A DNA stretch of 64,000 bases from an uncultured Verrucomicrobiota bacterium. GTDB taxonomy: Bacteria > Verrucomicrobiota > Verrucomicrobiia > Limisphaerales > CAYMCQ01. A program made the translations under genes and the position numbers. The notes beneath the pieces are model-generated. The model was not told where the DNA came from. It saw only the letters and a list, made by a program, of their open reading frames with translations, and did not search any database. The first letter of the stretch is position 1; every line of letters begins with the position of its first letter. Below, in pieces: positions 47,001 through 54,889 of this stretch. Where the stretch lies: the NCBI GenBank assembly GCA_964389025.1, contig CAYMCQ010000006.1:2340-66339 (forward strand), written 5' to 3'.

Positions 47001-47271
47001 CCCTAACCCTCACCAAGTGGCGAAGCTGGCCCGATTTTTTCACGTGTCGCCGCGAGATCTGCTTATGACGGATCTGCGTGGGTTCCATTCCGCGCCTGAC
47101 CAGAAGCAAGCACAAAACCGTGATCAGCAAACGGCGCAAGGGTCCGAGAATAACGCCGACGCGGACGGGCCCGAGTGCCAACACGCGAATCTGCGGAACC
47201 AATTTGCTGTTCAGTTGAACGGTGCAGCGGCGCATGACGGACTTGATCTCTCGACCGAGGTACCGAGATAA
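44059..47271 (+). CDS. Tyrosine recombinase/integrase fused to five tandem XRE-type HTH domains (1070 aa)
   Basis: Catalytic set: SSQRKATV (R), LTKLKGRAG (K), AHACRKWFGT (HxxR), MCHRDGGKTLLSAY (H..Y). Residues 605-1005 hold five ~65-aa HTH_3-like repeats. Confidence 0.8.
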   Translation: MGRPRRIAAAITAAIRFESPDMKRSGPAKVLSPEELTDLASLVGKLQKSEDAVSRYLMSRLTDHTRELLVANTANGSDQILRRALAKELCAIIEGESIFESERFAAVTLSPKTLNCVGRSLNGQPLMRFNRLLLEDAYPREIAQRLNEGKKQKRIYVGRNLFRIEGVKGIYAKVKIKGTTYNPPLGTENPEEARERFEQWVVNKRKSLKQVCAGEGTPASYVEAYLASRNDEVALGKLKPLTITNLRKTYHRLGLHWGDFTSISLEKFFQPKTIEGVGKFLLTEARNTFRPTKSLSPGSYNSFMSAISLLLGYFKDQGKLAEELYLQLRNKIEYAKVPPRQIQMPTVEQLKQMRAYLYQVRQGKSYGETGVKFDVYMLSSQRKATVNAMKVEHFDFVRSEVLLTKLKGRAGQPTEEVRPMPPELAEIVQRYITARGLKQGDPLWKTRNNNNAFQTAARAVGLDRWFAHACRKWFGTTALKRIRDPLAVSDMMCHRDGGKTLLSAYRQLCSEHLQGAANTLKLYPGAIPGKSLEAAAAQAKAMIAKILTSDAEPAARALDAILWIESKLDSRDYEALTQLPRLGQEHPAIYTQAPSQVVEKPTPMMLKENLKCLIALNGVYHSDIAVATGIPRSTVARACKFGDLQACFVPAVCGYFGVSPQQLLTTDLTRPADTSEECPRKSESAQLVTNNQPPPAKHEKTFDDLVVQHDPAAIAETIAQNLAGMMFERNLTANGLAIKAGFTSAQCYRILKKQSVPTQDTLSKLAKALGATEVEILDPERENTAPNPSHVKANLNAIIAHHGLASSTYFVRSCRMDSKAMHEVLATGDISALQAHRIVQAEGENFSVRQLVMEDITAMYPPVPVIDPVVISRNLRSICWEQGLYPAEIARQAGISPMSAVAYAEGRSRRIDRKLLTEVARALGIGLAELADPVRPEVTVTPFFKTNLEHLINSSGMAPTPLGEACGIELRVQRTLLGGTDPNPHQVAKLARFFHVSPRDLLMTDLRGFHSAPDQKQAQNRDQQTAQGSENNADADGPECQHANLRNQFAVQLNGAAAHDGLDLSTEVPR

Positions 47272-47512
47272 ACAATTGAGAAAACCATGATGCAGAGTGA
47301 AGAAGCGGGTGCCGTGCGAGTGCCATCAAATGGAAAAACGCCCCATTATTATTCCATTGCGAGACGTCGCTGCTCGCGAGTGCGATCAGGTGAGAAGTGT
47401 AGTCCAAAAGTAGTCCAACGCTTCGCCTCCGCACGAGCCCTGCACTGCAACGCACCCGTTGACTTTCTTAGAAAAACCGCGTAAAACCTAATAAAAATAG
47501 CGCTTTGGGATA

Positions 47513-47558
47513 CCTTCTAAGCAGAGGGTCGCGTGTTCGACTCACGCCGGGCGCGCCA
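47513..47558 (+). other. attR-like 3' 46 nt of tRNA-Arg(UCU): anticodon loop to CCA, with no 5' half
   Basis: Reads cttctaa (loop, anticodon TCT), gcaga, gggtc, gcgtg-ttcgact-cacgc (T arm), cgggcgc-g-cca. Upstream sequence cannot pair with the acceptor or anticodon stems. Confidence 0.7.
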
Positions 47559-47564
47559 CTTTCC

Positions 47565-47594
47565 ATTTACGATTTGCGATTTACGATTTACGAT
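47565..47594. repeat. Tandem heptamer repeat (atttacg/atttgcg, about 4 units)
   Basis: Read directly from the sequence, immediately downstream of the tRNA fragment. Confidence 0.8.
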
Positions 47595-47603
47595 GCCTTC
47601 CAC

Positions 47604-48491
47604 GTGCTGAAACTGGAACACCTTGCCGAACTGCTGGAGAAAAACCGCGACGCCGCGAAAGCGCGCGTGAAAGAATTTTCCATCGGCGGAAAAAAATTTG
47701 CGCTCAACTCGCAGCCCGCGATCATGGGCGTGGTCAACCTCTCGCCGGATTCGTGGTATCGCGAAAGCGTCTGCCTGAGCGCGGAAACTGCGGTTCAGCG
47801 CGCGGAAGTTTTGCGGGCGCAGGGCGCGGACATCGTGGACATCGGCGCGGAATCCACGCTGGCTCACGCGGCACGCGCGGGACAATCAGCGCAGCAAAGC
47901 AAACTGCTGCCGGTCATCAAAGCCTTGCGGGCGCGGAAAATTTTGGTGTCTGCCGAAACCTACCAACCGTCCGTTGCCCGCGCCTGCCTGAAAGCTGGCG
48001 CGAACATTTTGAATCTCACAGGCACGAAGCTGAGTTCGGAAATGCTCCGCATGATTGCAGGCCATGATGCCGCTGTGATTCTTTGCTACGTGCAGGGAAA
48101 GAACGTCCGCGATGTCGGCGACTTCGATTTGTGCGGCGACCCGATCGAGGCAATGCGCGAATTTTTTGCCCAGCAGATCGAAATCGCCACCCGCAACGGC
48201 GTGGAGAAAATTTTCATAGACCCCGGCCTCGGATTTTACTACCGCAACTTGCAGGACAGCGCGGTGCGCGTGCGGCATCAGATGAATGTTTTCCTGAACA
48301 CGTTCCGATTGCGCGAGCTTGGTTTTCCCGTTTGCAACGCTTTGCCGCACGCGTTCGAATATTTCGGCGAGGAAGTCCGTTGCGCCGAGCCGTTCTTCGC
48401 GGTGCTTGCTGCGCTGGGCAAAACAGATATGTTCCGCACACACGAAGTCCCGCGCATCAAGGCCGTGCTGGAGACACTGAAGGTGTTTTGA
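47604..48491 (+). CDS. folP: Dihydropteroate synthase-like pterin-binding protein
   Basis: IMGVVNLSPDSWY and GADIVDIGAEST. GTG start at 47604 chosen because the ORF-track start reads through the tRNA fragment and heptamers. Confidence 0.65.
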   Translation: MLKLEHLAELLEKNRDAAKARVKEFSIGGKKFALNSQPAIMGVVNLSPDSWYRESVCLSAETAVQRAEVLRAQGADIVDIGAESTLAHAARAGQSAQQSKLLPVIKALRARKILVSAETYQPSVARACLKAGANILNLTGTKLSSEMLRMIAGHDAAVILCYVQGKNVRDVGDFDLCGDPIEAMREFFAQQIEIATRNGVEKIFIDPGLGFYYRNLQDSAVRVRHQMNVFLNTFRLRELGFPVCNALPHAFEYFGEEVRCAEPFFAVLAALGKTDMFRTHEVPRIKAVLETLKVF

Positions 48492-48541
48492 GCGTGAGCT
48501 TCGGAGGGACGAGTTACACGAGTCCCAAATCAAAGATCAAG

Positions 48542-49603
48542 TCAGGGCGTCGTGGAACTCAGCCCTCCGGATTTGCGGCAAAGAAACACGCCCTCTTCTT
48601 CCGACTTCGTGATCCATTGGTTGAGAACTTCGATGCCGTGCACCGCCAGAATACTTTTCGCGCGCTCTGGCGCGTAGCGATACGAAAAGAAAAGCCGGAT
48701 CGCTTCGCCAGCTCGAAATCGGAACCGCTCCGAGCCCACCCTGATTTCGCGTGCTCTGGTGAAATGAAAATTGGCGACGATGCGTTTCAAATTTCGATGA
48801 GGATCAATCGTGAAGCGCAATTCGCCGTCGCCGTGCTCGACGCCCAAATCCAGCAGAAACGTCATCAGCCAGTCACGGGTCAGCGCGTTGTCGTATTGCG
48901 GCAGGATTTTTTTCAGGCCGGCATCGTAGTCTCTGCCGGGCGCGAGGTTGGCGCTGAACAGCAATAAATCTTTCGGTCGCAGCAGCGACGCGAGTTTCGG
49001 CAAAATGATTTGCGGCTCGAAGTTCGGAATCATGCCGAAGAAGGTGATGAGGCGATTGGCTATCGGCGATTGGCTATCGGCAAAAGCGCCTGAAAGGTCG
49101 CGCGCCGTCGCCAGATCGCACGCGCACGGGAAACAATTTTTCTCCGGCACAAATTTCAGCGCAGCCCGTCTTGCGACCAAAACCATCGGCACGCTCACGT
49201 CGCATGGCGTGTAGGAGATTTTCTTTCCGGCGTCGCGTAGCAACTTCAACAGCCGCGCGTCCTTTTGCCCGCCGCCGCAGCCGAGGCCGATGACGTGGAC
49301 GGTCGCGGATTGTATATTTTTGGCGGCGGCCTTGAAACTTTGTCTGTAAATCTTCGTGCAATCCGGGTCAAGCCGTGCGGGCGAATGCGCTTCATGCAGC
49401 GCGAGCCATTTCTGGGTCTGCTTGTGGCTGTCGTAATGGAACTTGTGGTTGATTCGGCGCAAACGCAGCGATTGGAGCAGGTCGCGCCGGACACTTTCCG
49501 GGAACTGGCTTTCGTGAATGATGACGTTGGCCACGGCTGGCATGAGTGATTGTTTCGGCGAAATCCAGCTAGTGTGCAAGCTTTGTTGGACAAAGCCGAA
49601 CAT
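48542..49603 (-). CDS. SAM-dependent methyltransferase, EgtD-like (Methyltransf_33) fold
   Basis: VIGLGCGGGQKDARLL, FFGMIPNFEP, LLLFSANL, and a C-terminal segment collinear with EgtD as I recall it. Confidence 0.55.
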   Translation of the reverse strand: MFGFVQQSLHTSWISPKQSLMPAVANVIIHESQFPESVRRDLLQSLRLRRINHKFHYDSHKQTQKWLALHEAHSPARLDPDCTKIYRQSFKAAAKNIQSATVHVIGLGCGGGQKDARLLKLLRDAGKKISYTPCDVSVPMVLVARRAALKFVPEKNCFPCACDLATARDLSGAFADSQSPIANRLITFFGMIPNFEPQIILPKLASLLRPKDLLLFSANLAPGRDYDAGLKKILPQYDNALTRDWLMTFLLDLGVEHGDGELRFTIDPHRNLKRIVANFHFTRAREIRVGSERFRFRAGEAIRLFFSYRYAPERAKSILAVHGIEVLNQWITKSEEEGVFLCRKSGGLSSTTP

Positions 49604-49609
49604 CTTTCT

Positions 49610-49744
49610 TTAACACCGGGCTTCAGCCCGGTGGAAGAAGCAGCGAAAAGTCCAACCGCTTCAGCGGTTTTTAGCCGGAGGCAAGCTGCTAAAGCGGCTG
49701 GGCATCATGCATTGATCCATCACCGGGCTGAAGCCCGGTGTTAA
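49610..49744. repeat. MITE-like element with perfect 24-bp terminal inverted repeats (ttaacaccgggcttcagcccggtg)
   Basis: 49610..49633 is the exact reverse complement of 49721..49744, and each TIR is itself a hairpin. An internal hairpin aaccgc-ttca-gcggtt sits at 49654. Confidence 0.8.
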
Positions 49745-49824
49745 TGAGAGGTCAATAGCTCAGAAATTTTTCTACGAATTTTTTCCTCGCGTTGACTTTT
49801 CAGAACCGCAATTGATATTCGCAT

Positions 49825-50580
49825 ATGGATTTCGACATCTCGCACATCCTCGATCAATGGGATTATTCGCCGGGACAGGTCGTCGTCAGAAAATTCAAGG
49901 CCAAGGACGGCACGGAAAAAATTCAACTGCGCGTGGATCTCGGCATTTTGCAGATGAATCTGGAAGGCCGGCCAGATGGCAAACGACCGCTCGGCCATCC
50001 ATCGCTTTTCGAGTTCTTCAAACAGAAACTCTACAAGCACATCGCCGCGCACAACGGCGACGATGACGGCTTCGAACTCACGCTCGAAGATTGCGCGAAG
50101 CTTCAGCTCGAAGCGCTGCAATATCATCACCGCTACATCTGCCTGCTGCAACTGGACGACTACGACCGCGTCATCCGCGACACGCAGCGCAATCTCGAGG
50201 TCTTCGAGTTCGCCGAGCAATACGCCGAGGCCGAGGAACTCGCGTGGACGCTCCAGCAATTTCAGCCGCAGCTTCTGATGATCCGCACCCGCGCGCTCGC
50301 GGCGCAGGAATTGAAGGCCGACGATTTCGAGAGGGGCATCGAGCAGGTGGACAAGGGGCTTGAGGCCATCCGCGAATTTTTCCGCAAGACCATGCGCGTG
50401 GAATTGATGGAGCACAGCGGCGAGCTGCAATCGCTCGAACGCTGGCGTGAAGACCTTTTGCTCAAGCGCCCGCTCTCCGAACGCGAGAGGCTGGAGAACG
50501 CGCTGCAGGACGCGATCCGCAGCGAGGATTACCAGAAAGCCGCCGAGTGCCGCGACGCGTTGAAAAATCTCAAAGAATAG
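49825..50580 (+). CDS. UVR (UvrB/UvrC motif) domain-containing protein
   Basis: The C-terminus DAIRSEDYQKAAECRDALKNL is a UVR motif. Confidence 0.6.
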   Translation: MDFDISHILDQWDYSPGQVVVRKFKAKDGTEKIQLRVDLGILQMNLEGRPDGKRPLGHPSLFEFFKQKLYKHIAAHNGDDDGFELTLEDCAKLQLEALQYHHRYICLLQLDDYDRVIRDTQRNLEVFEFAEQYAEAEELAWTLQQFQPQLLMIRTRALAAQELKADDFERGIEQVDKGLEAIREFFRKTMRVELMEHSGELQSLERWREDLLLKRPLSERERLENALQDAIRSEDYQKAAECRDALKNLKE

Positions 50581-50581
50581 A

Positions 50582-51028
50582 ATGGCTCTTCAGGACAAAC
50601 TCGCCGAGGAGATCAAATCCGCGATGCTCGCCCGGGACGCCGACCGTCTTTCCGCGCTGCGGATGTTGAAGTCTGCCGCCGGTTACCTGCAAATCGAGCG
50701 CAAGACCGACAAACTTTCCGACGCGGATTTCGTCTCGCTTGTGCAAAAAGAAGTGAAGAAGCGCCGCGATTCCGCCGAGCAATTTGAAAAGGGTGGACGG
50801 CTTGAACTCGCCGAGAAGGAGAAAAAAGAAATCACCGTGCTGGAAAGTTTCCTGCCGAAACCGCTCTCGCCGGAGGAACTGGAACAGTTGGTCAAAGCGG
50901 TAATTCAAGAAGTCGGCGCGACGAGCAAGAAGGACATGGGCGCGGTGATGAAAGCAGCACAGGCAAAAGCTGCGGGGCGCGCGGATGGGAAAACTTTGAG
51001 TGCGCTTGTTGGAAAGCTCCTGGCGTAA
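50582..51028 (+). CDS. GatB/YqeY domain protein
   Basis: LQDKLAEEIKSAMLARDADRLSALRMLKSA is typical of YqeY. Confidence 0.85.
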   Translation: MALQDKLAEEIKSAMLARDADRLSALRMLKSAAGYLQIERKTDKLSDADFVSLVQKEVKKRRDSAEQFEKGGRLELAEKEKKEITVLESFLPKPLSPEELEQLVKAVIQEVGATSKKDMGAVMKAAQAKAAGRADGKTLSALVGKLLA

Positions 51029-51034
51029 CTCCGT

Positions 51035-51466
51035 TCAGCGCGCCTGCGGAAACTTCACGTAGAGCAGCCAGTAAATCAGCACGCCGGTCACGGAGACATA
51101 CATCCAGATGGGCCACGTCCAGCGGGCGATTTTTTTGTGGAGGTCGAACCGGCCTTTGAGCGCGCGGGTGAGCGTCACGATGACCATTGGCAGAATGATT
51201 GTTGCGAGCAGTGTGTGGGTGAACAGAAGTGTCAGATAAATCGGACGAAACCACGCCGGCTCTTTGAATTTCGTGATGGTGTGGACGGCGAAGTGATACG
51301 TAAGATACGACGCGAGAAAAAACGTGGAGGTGATGACGGCGGCGATCATGCAGCGGCGGTGCGCGACGATGTTTTTCCGCAGGATGAAATAGAGGGCAAA
51401 GCTCAACAGGATCGCGCAGAGCCCGTTGAGGGACGCGTTGAGGGTGGGAAGGTCTTGCAGAGTCAT
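51035..51466 (-). CDS. DUF420 membrane protein (cox-cluster associated)
   Basis: Four TM segments. Start set at MTLQDLPTLNASLN (51466). Confidence 0.65.
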   Translation of the reverse strand: MTLQDLPTLNASLNGLCAILLSFALYFILRKNIVAHRRCMIAAVITSTFFLASYLTYHFAVHTITKFKEPAWFRPIYLTLLFTHTLLATIILPMVIVTLTRALKGRFDLHKKIARWTWPIWMYVSVTGVLIYWLLYVKFPQAR

Positions 51467-51653
51467 AGCCAGTTGTTGCCGTTGGCGCGCGAGCGTCTTG
51501 GGGTGCGGCAGTCCTCTGCCGCTTTGGGAACGCAGCGGGAGAAAACAAAAGCGCCAGAGGACTGGCGCAGTCCAAAACCTGGCGAAATATCGCTCCGCCA
51601 TGCGAAAGACAGAAACTTGGGCGTTAGTGTATGCATAAAAGCTTCCATCAAAT

Positions 51654-52298
51654 TTATCTTTCCCGCACGAGGTTTTTCACGGCGGAAATAATCTGCGCCT
51701 TGGTCTTGTTCCAGTCCACGTCTTCGCCAACGGTTTCAAACGCAGCGCGCGCGCGGCCTTGCCTGTCAACAATCACGAAGTAAGTCGCGTGGATGAAGAG
51801 GTCGTCAATGGCTTTGCGGTCTTTGGGATCAATCGGGACGGATGAAAGTTTTAAGCCTTCCACACCGAGCTTGTAGATTTCCTGTTTGTCACCGGTCAAA
51901 AAAGTCCACCGGTTGAAATCCGCACCGAACTTCCCGCCGTATTCTTTCAGGACGACCGGCGAGTCGAATTCAGGGTCGGTCGTGAGCGTCACGAATTTGT
52001 TTTGCAGTTTTGGAGGCAACGCTGCTTGAAGTTCGGCCATCTTGCGGGTCATTGCCGGGCACGGCCCGCCGCAGCGCGTGAAGATGATGTCGCCGATCCA
52101 GACTTCGCCGCGCAAATCGGCCAGCGTGACGGCGCGATTGTCCTGATTGGTCAAAACGAAATCAGGAATCTGGCTGATGATGGGCAGCGGTGGCGCGGCG
52201 TTGAATTTCGAAATCACAAACACGCCGACGATGGCGGCGATGACAAGCGCGAGCGTTCCCCAGACGAGAAATTGGAGGGTTTGCGGAGGTTTGCTCAA
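51654..52298 (-). CDS. SCO1/SenC copper chaperone
   Basis: Thioredoxin-fold CxxxC (FTRCGGPCP) and an N-terminal TM anchor. Confidence 0.85.
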   Translation of the reverse strand: MSKPPQTLQFLVWGTLALVIAAIVGVFVISKFNAAPPLPIISQIPDFVLTNQDNRAVTLADLRGEVWIGDIIFTRCGGPCPAMTRKMAELQAALPPKLQNKFVTLTTDPEFDSPVVLKEYGGKFGADFNRWTFLTGDKQEIYKLGVEGLKLSSVPIDPKDRKAIDDLFIHATYFVIVDRQGRARAAFETVGEDVDWNKTKAQIISAVKNLVRER

Positions 52299-52313
52299 AT
52301 CGGTCCGGCAACG

Positions 52314-53111
52314 TTATTCCGCAGACGAAGCGCCGCCGCCTGCGCCGACCGGTTTCTGCGTCGCGAGCCACTTCTGGTAATCCTCCGGCGTGTCCACGAC
52401 GAGGAATCCCGCCGCCATGTTCGCGTGGCCTATACCGCAGAGTTGCGCGCAGTTGATCTGGTAACGGCCAACGTGCGTCGGCGTGAAATGAAGCGGAATC
52501 CTCATGCCCGGAATCGCGTCCTGCGTCACGCGCATGGCGATGATTTTGAAGGAATGGATCACGTCCTTCGAGGAAAGTTGGACAATGACGGGTTTGTTGA
52601 CGGGGACATGGATTTGATTCGGTGATTCGATGTCGTCCTTCGCTGCGGGGTCGGAGAAATCGATGCCGAACTTGTTCGTCGAATTGACCAGATGCATGTC
52701 CTGCTTGCCAAATTTTCCGTCTGCGCCGGGGTAACGGACGTTCCATGCAAACTGCTCCGCAACGACTTGAACGACCGTTGATTCAGACTCTTTGGGAAAT
52801 TCTCCGACTGCTTTTGCCCAAAGGGGAATTGCGAATCCGAGCAACAGGACCCCTTCGGCAATCACGACGATGATTTCGAGGTAGCTCGAATAATGTCCGC
52901 GGACGCCGAGGTAATCGGCCTTCGGGTTTCGGGAACGGCGAAACCGGACTAGCGCGTAGGCAAAGTAGGCCAGCCAGCCGATGAACAGCGCGATCATCAG
53001 CCAATGGACGTAGATGATGAGGCTGTCAACGTCGAGGCCCTGTTCCGAAGCCAGCGGCGGCAGGCCGAGTATTTTGTGAAAGAGATCGTGGAGAAAGTTT
53101 CCCATGGTCAA
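52314..53111 (-). CDS. ctaC: Cytochrome c oxidase subunit II
   Basis: CuA site HSF...CAQLCGIGHANM and two N-terminal TM helices. Confidence 0.9.
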   Translation of the reverse strand: MTMGNFLHDLFHKILGLPPLASEQGLDVDSLIIYVHWLMIALFIGWLAYFAYALVRFRRSRNPKADYLGVRGHYSSYLEIIVVIAEGVLLLGFAIPLWAKAVGEFPKESESTVVQVVAEQFAWNVRYPGADGKFGKQDMHLVNSTNKFGIDFSDPAAKDDIESPNQIHVPVNKPVIVQLSSKDVIHSFKIIAMRVTQDAIPGMRIPLHFTPTHVGRYQINCAQLCGIGHANMAAGFLVVDTPEDYQKWLATQKPVGAGGGASSAE

Positions 53112-53443
53112 TGTTGGTTTGAATTGTTCATGCCGTTGTCAGAAATTTTTGCGGCGCGTCTGGCGATATAGACAAAAAATCCACTGATGCCCGCCAGCAC
53201 TCCAGTGATGACAACGAGCAGCGTGAAAATTCCGGCGTTCATTCCCCAGGCCATCGGCGAGTCGGATTTTCCGTAGCACGCGGCGCACGCGAGCGCCGAA
53301 GGCGAAACACCAAACACCAAACACCAAATCCCAAAAAAACACCAAGCTCCAAACTTCAAACCGGCGCCGGGCCAAGGCCTTTGAAGCTTGAAGTTTGGAG
53401 CTTCTTTGGTGTTTGGTGTCTGGTGTTTGGTGTTTTGCATCAC
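53108..53443 (-). CDS. Small membrane protein (CAACYG motif plus one TM); true start uncertain
   Basis: The 5' half of the ORF is a translated palindromic repeat (53305..53436). The real start is probably inside or after it. Confidence 0.3.
   Translation of the reverse strand: MMQNTKHQTPNTKEAPNFKLQRPWPGAGLKFGAWCFFGIWCLVFGVSPSALACAACYGKSDSPMAWGMNAGIFTLLVVITGVLAGISGFFVYIARRAAKISDNGMNNSNQH
53305..53436. repeat. Imperfect palindromic element with ~50-nt arms (aaacaccaaacacc.. / ..ggtgtttggtgttt)
   Basis: The arms are reverse-complementary with a few mismatches. The centre holds ccggcgccgg and aaggcctt. Confidence 0.8.
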
Positions 53444-53649
53444 AGATAGCTGACTTTCTTGAGCTTCTTCAGGAAATATTTACCGTAAACGACCAGCGCC
53501 ACGCCGACGACGAGCGAACCTATGCCCATCACAAGGTCAAGCGCGCCGCGCTCGCCGCCGAAATAATTTTTCAGCGACCAGCCGCCGAATCCGAACGCCA
53601 GCGCGCTGGAAATCGTCACGAAAAAAATATGGAACGCTTTAAGGGACAT
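53440..53649 (-). CDS. Small two-TM membrane protein
   Basis: 69-aa hydrophobic ORF that overlaps neighbouring genes within the cox operon. Confidence 0.5.
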   Translation of the reverse strand: MSLKAFHIFFVTISSALAFGFGGWSLKNYFGGERGALDLVMGIGSLVVGVALVVYGKYFLKKLKKVSYL

Positions 53650-53965
53650 AGGGAAGGTGAACGCCGTTTTCGTGCGCCATTGACCAGAGGGTCAGATACA
53701 TCAGCCCGGCAAAGAAAAACGCCGTGAACGCCAGGACCCAGTAGATCATTTTGCGCTCGGAGATCAGGTGCATGAAAAATCCCGCCACAAGAAACGCCTT
53801 CACGCACGCGATGATGAGCGCAACGGCGACGTTGATTGTTGCGCTGCCGAAATGAATGTAGGACGCCCAGACCGTGAACGCCGTCCCGATGATCAGCGCG
53901 AAAAATACCAGCAGGTATCGGCGGACGTGATGGCTGAAATGTTCTGCTTGTGCGTGGTCGCTCAT
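53639..53965 (-). CDS. Cytochrome c oxidase subunit IV family protein
   Basis: HHVRRYLLVFFALIIGTAFTV...ACVKAFLVAGFFMHL is typical of PF03626. Confidence 0.75.
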   Translation of the reverse strand: MSDHAQAEHFSHHVRRYLLVFFALIIGTAFTVWASYIHFGSATINVAVALIIACVKAFLVAGFFMHLISERKMIYWVLAFTAFFFAGLMYLTLWSMAHENGVHLPYVP

Positions 53966-53972
53966 AGATGTG

Positions 53973-54049
53973 GATTAAGATTATGATTAAGAGCAAGATT
54001 AAGAAGCAGCGGGGAAATGTTCTGCCTGTTCTTAATCATAATCTTAATC
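53973..54049. repeat. Palindromic intergenic element (gattaagattatgattaag ... cttaatcataatcttaatc)
   Basis: Perfect 19-nt inverted arms between the subunit IV start and the subunit III stop. Confidence 0.8.
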
Positions 54050-54075
54050 GTAATCTGCGTGTGGTTCATTTCGGG

Positions 54076-54885
54076 TTACAACAGATACAAAACCGGGAAC
54101 AGGAATATCCAGACCAGATCAACGAAGTGCCAGAATAAACCGGAAACTTCGATCCGGTTCGTGAAACGCTCCGGGTCGGTCTTCCAAAGTTTGGCTCCGA
54201 AACTCCACAAAAATCCGATGACAATCGCGCCTCCGACGACGTGGAGCGCGTGCAAGCCGGTCAGCGTGAAATAAATCGCCGTGTAGGTGTTGTGCTTCGG
54301 GCCATAGTTTCCCATCGTCTTGATCTGCGCGGCCTCGATTTTGTGCTCGGCATGTTCGTGTTTGCCTTTATGCGAACGAAGGTCGGCAAAGTCCTTCACG
54401 CTCGCTCCAATACCGCCGTGAATCGTCACTTCACCCGTTCCTTTTTCCAGGTCGAAGTCCTTTGATTTGCCGACGAGATGGCCGTCGGCGACTTTGCCGT
54501 CCTTCAACTGGATCGAGTAGTGCGTGAACTTGTCATTATATTCGTAGGATTTGATCCCAAGGAAGATGAGCGCGCAAATCAGCGTGCAGGCGTGCCACAT
54601 CTTGAACGCGCTGAAGCGGTTCATCTTGAGCGACGCCCACGCGAGCACCGTGGTGATGCTGGAGCAGATGAGGACGAGCGTGTTGGCCGTGCCGAGCGGG
54701 ATGTTGAGCCATCCGTGCGGCCACGAGCCTTCGTCCGCGCCGACGCGCAGCAAGATGTAGGCGGAGAACAGCGCGCCGAAGAGCATGACTTCCGATGCGA
54801 GGAAAAGCCAGATGCCGAGTTTGGCGTTGTAAAGGCCGGTGTCCTTGCGCGGCTCGACGATGTAGGGGAGGATTTCCTGTTGCAT
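54076..54885 (-). CDS. ctaE: Cytochrome c oxidase subunit III
   Basis: [21 protein letters not shown]. Start at MQQE (54885), 5 nt after the subunit I stop. Confidence 0.9.
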   Translation of the reverse strand: MQQEILPYIVEPRKDTGLYNAKLGIWLFLASEVMLFGALFSAYILLRVGADEGSWPHGWLNIPLGTANTLVLICSSITTVLAWASLKMNRFSAFKMWHACTLICALIFLGIKSYEYNDKFTHYSIQLKDGKVADGHLVGKSKDFDLEKGTGEVTIHGGIGASVKDFADLRSHKGKHEHAEHKIEAAQIKTMGNYGPKHNTYTAIYFTLTGLHALHVVGGAIVIGFLWSFGAKLWKTDPERFTNRIEVSGLFWHFVDLVWIFLFPVLYLL

Positions 54886-54889
54886 GAAA

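Larger units (their letters stand above)
1..47558. mobile_element. Putative integrative genomic (defence) island, right end at a tRNA-Arg 3' fragment; left end not in window
   Basis: Integrase at 44059..47271 lies next to a 46-nt tRNA 3' half lacking its 5' half. Conflict genes lie to the left and housekeeping genes to the right. GC content is mosaic by eye. Confidence 0.5.

Noticed and set aside
47505-47603. N-terminal 33 codons of the DHPS-like ORF (TTG start at 47505)
   Set aside because: This stretch is the tRNA-Arg 3' fragment plus the heptamer repeats read as protein. An in-frame GTG at 47604 gives a normal-length N-terminus.
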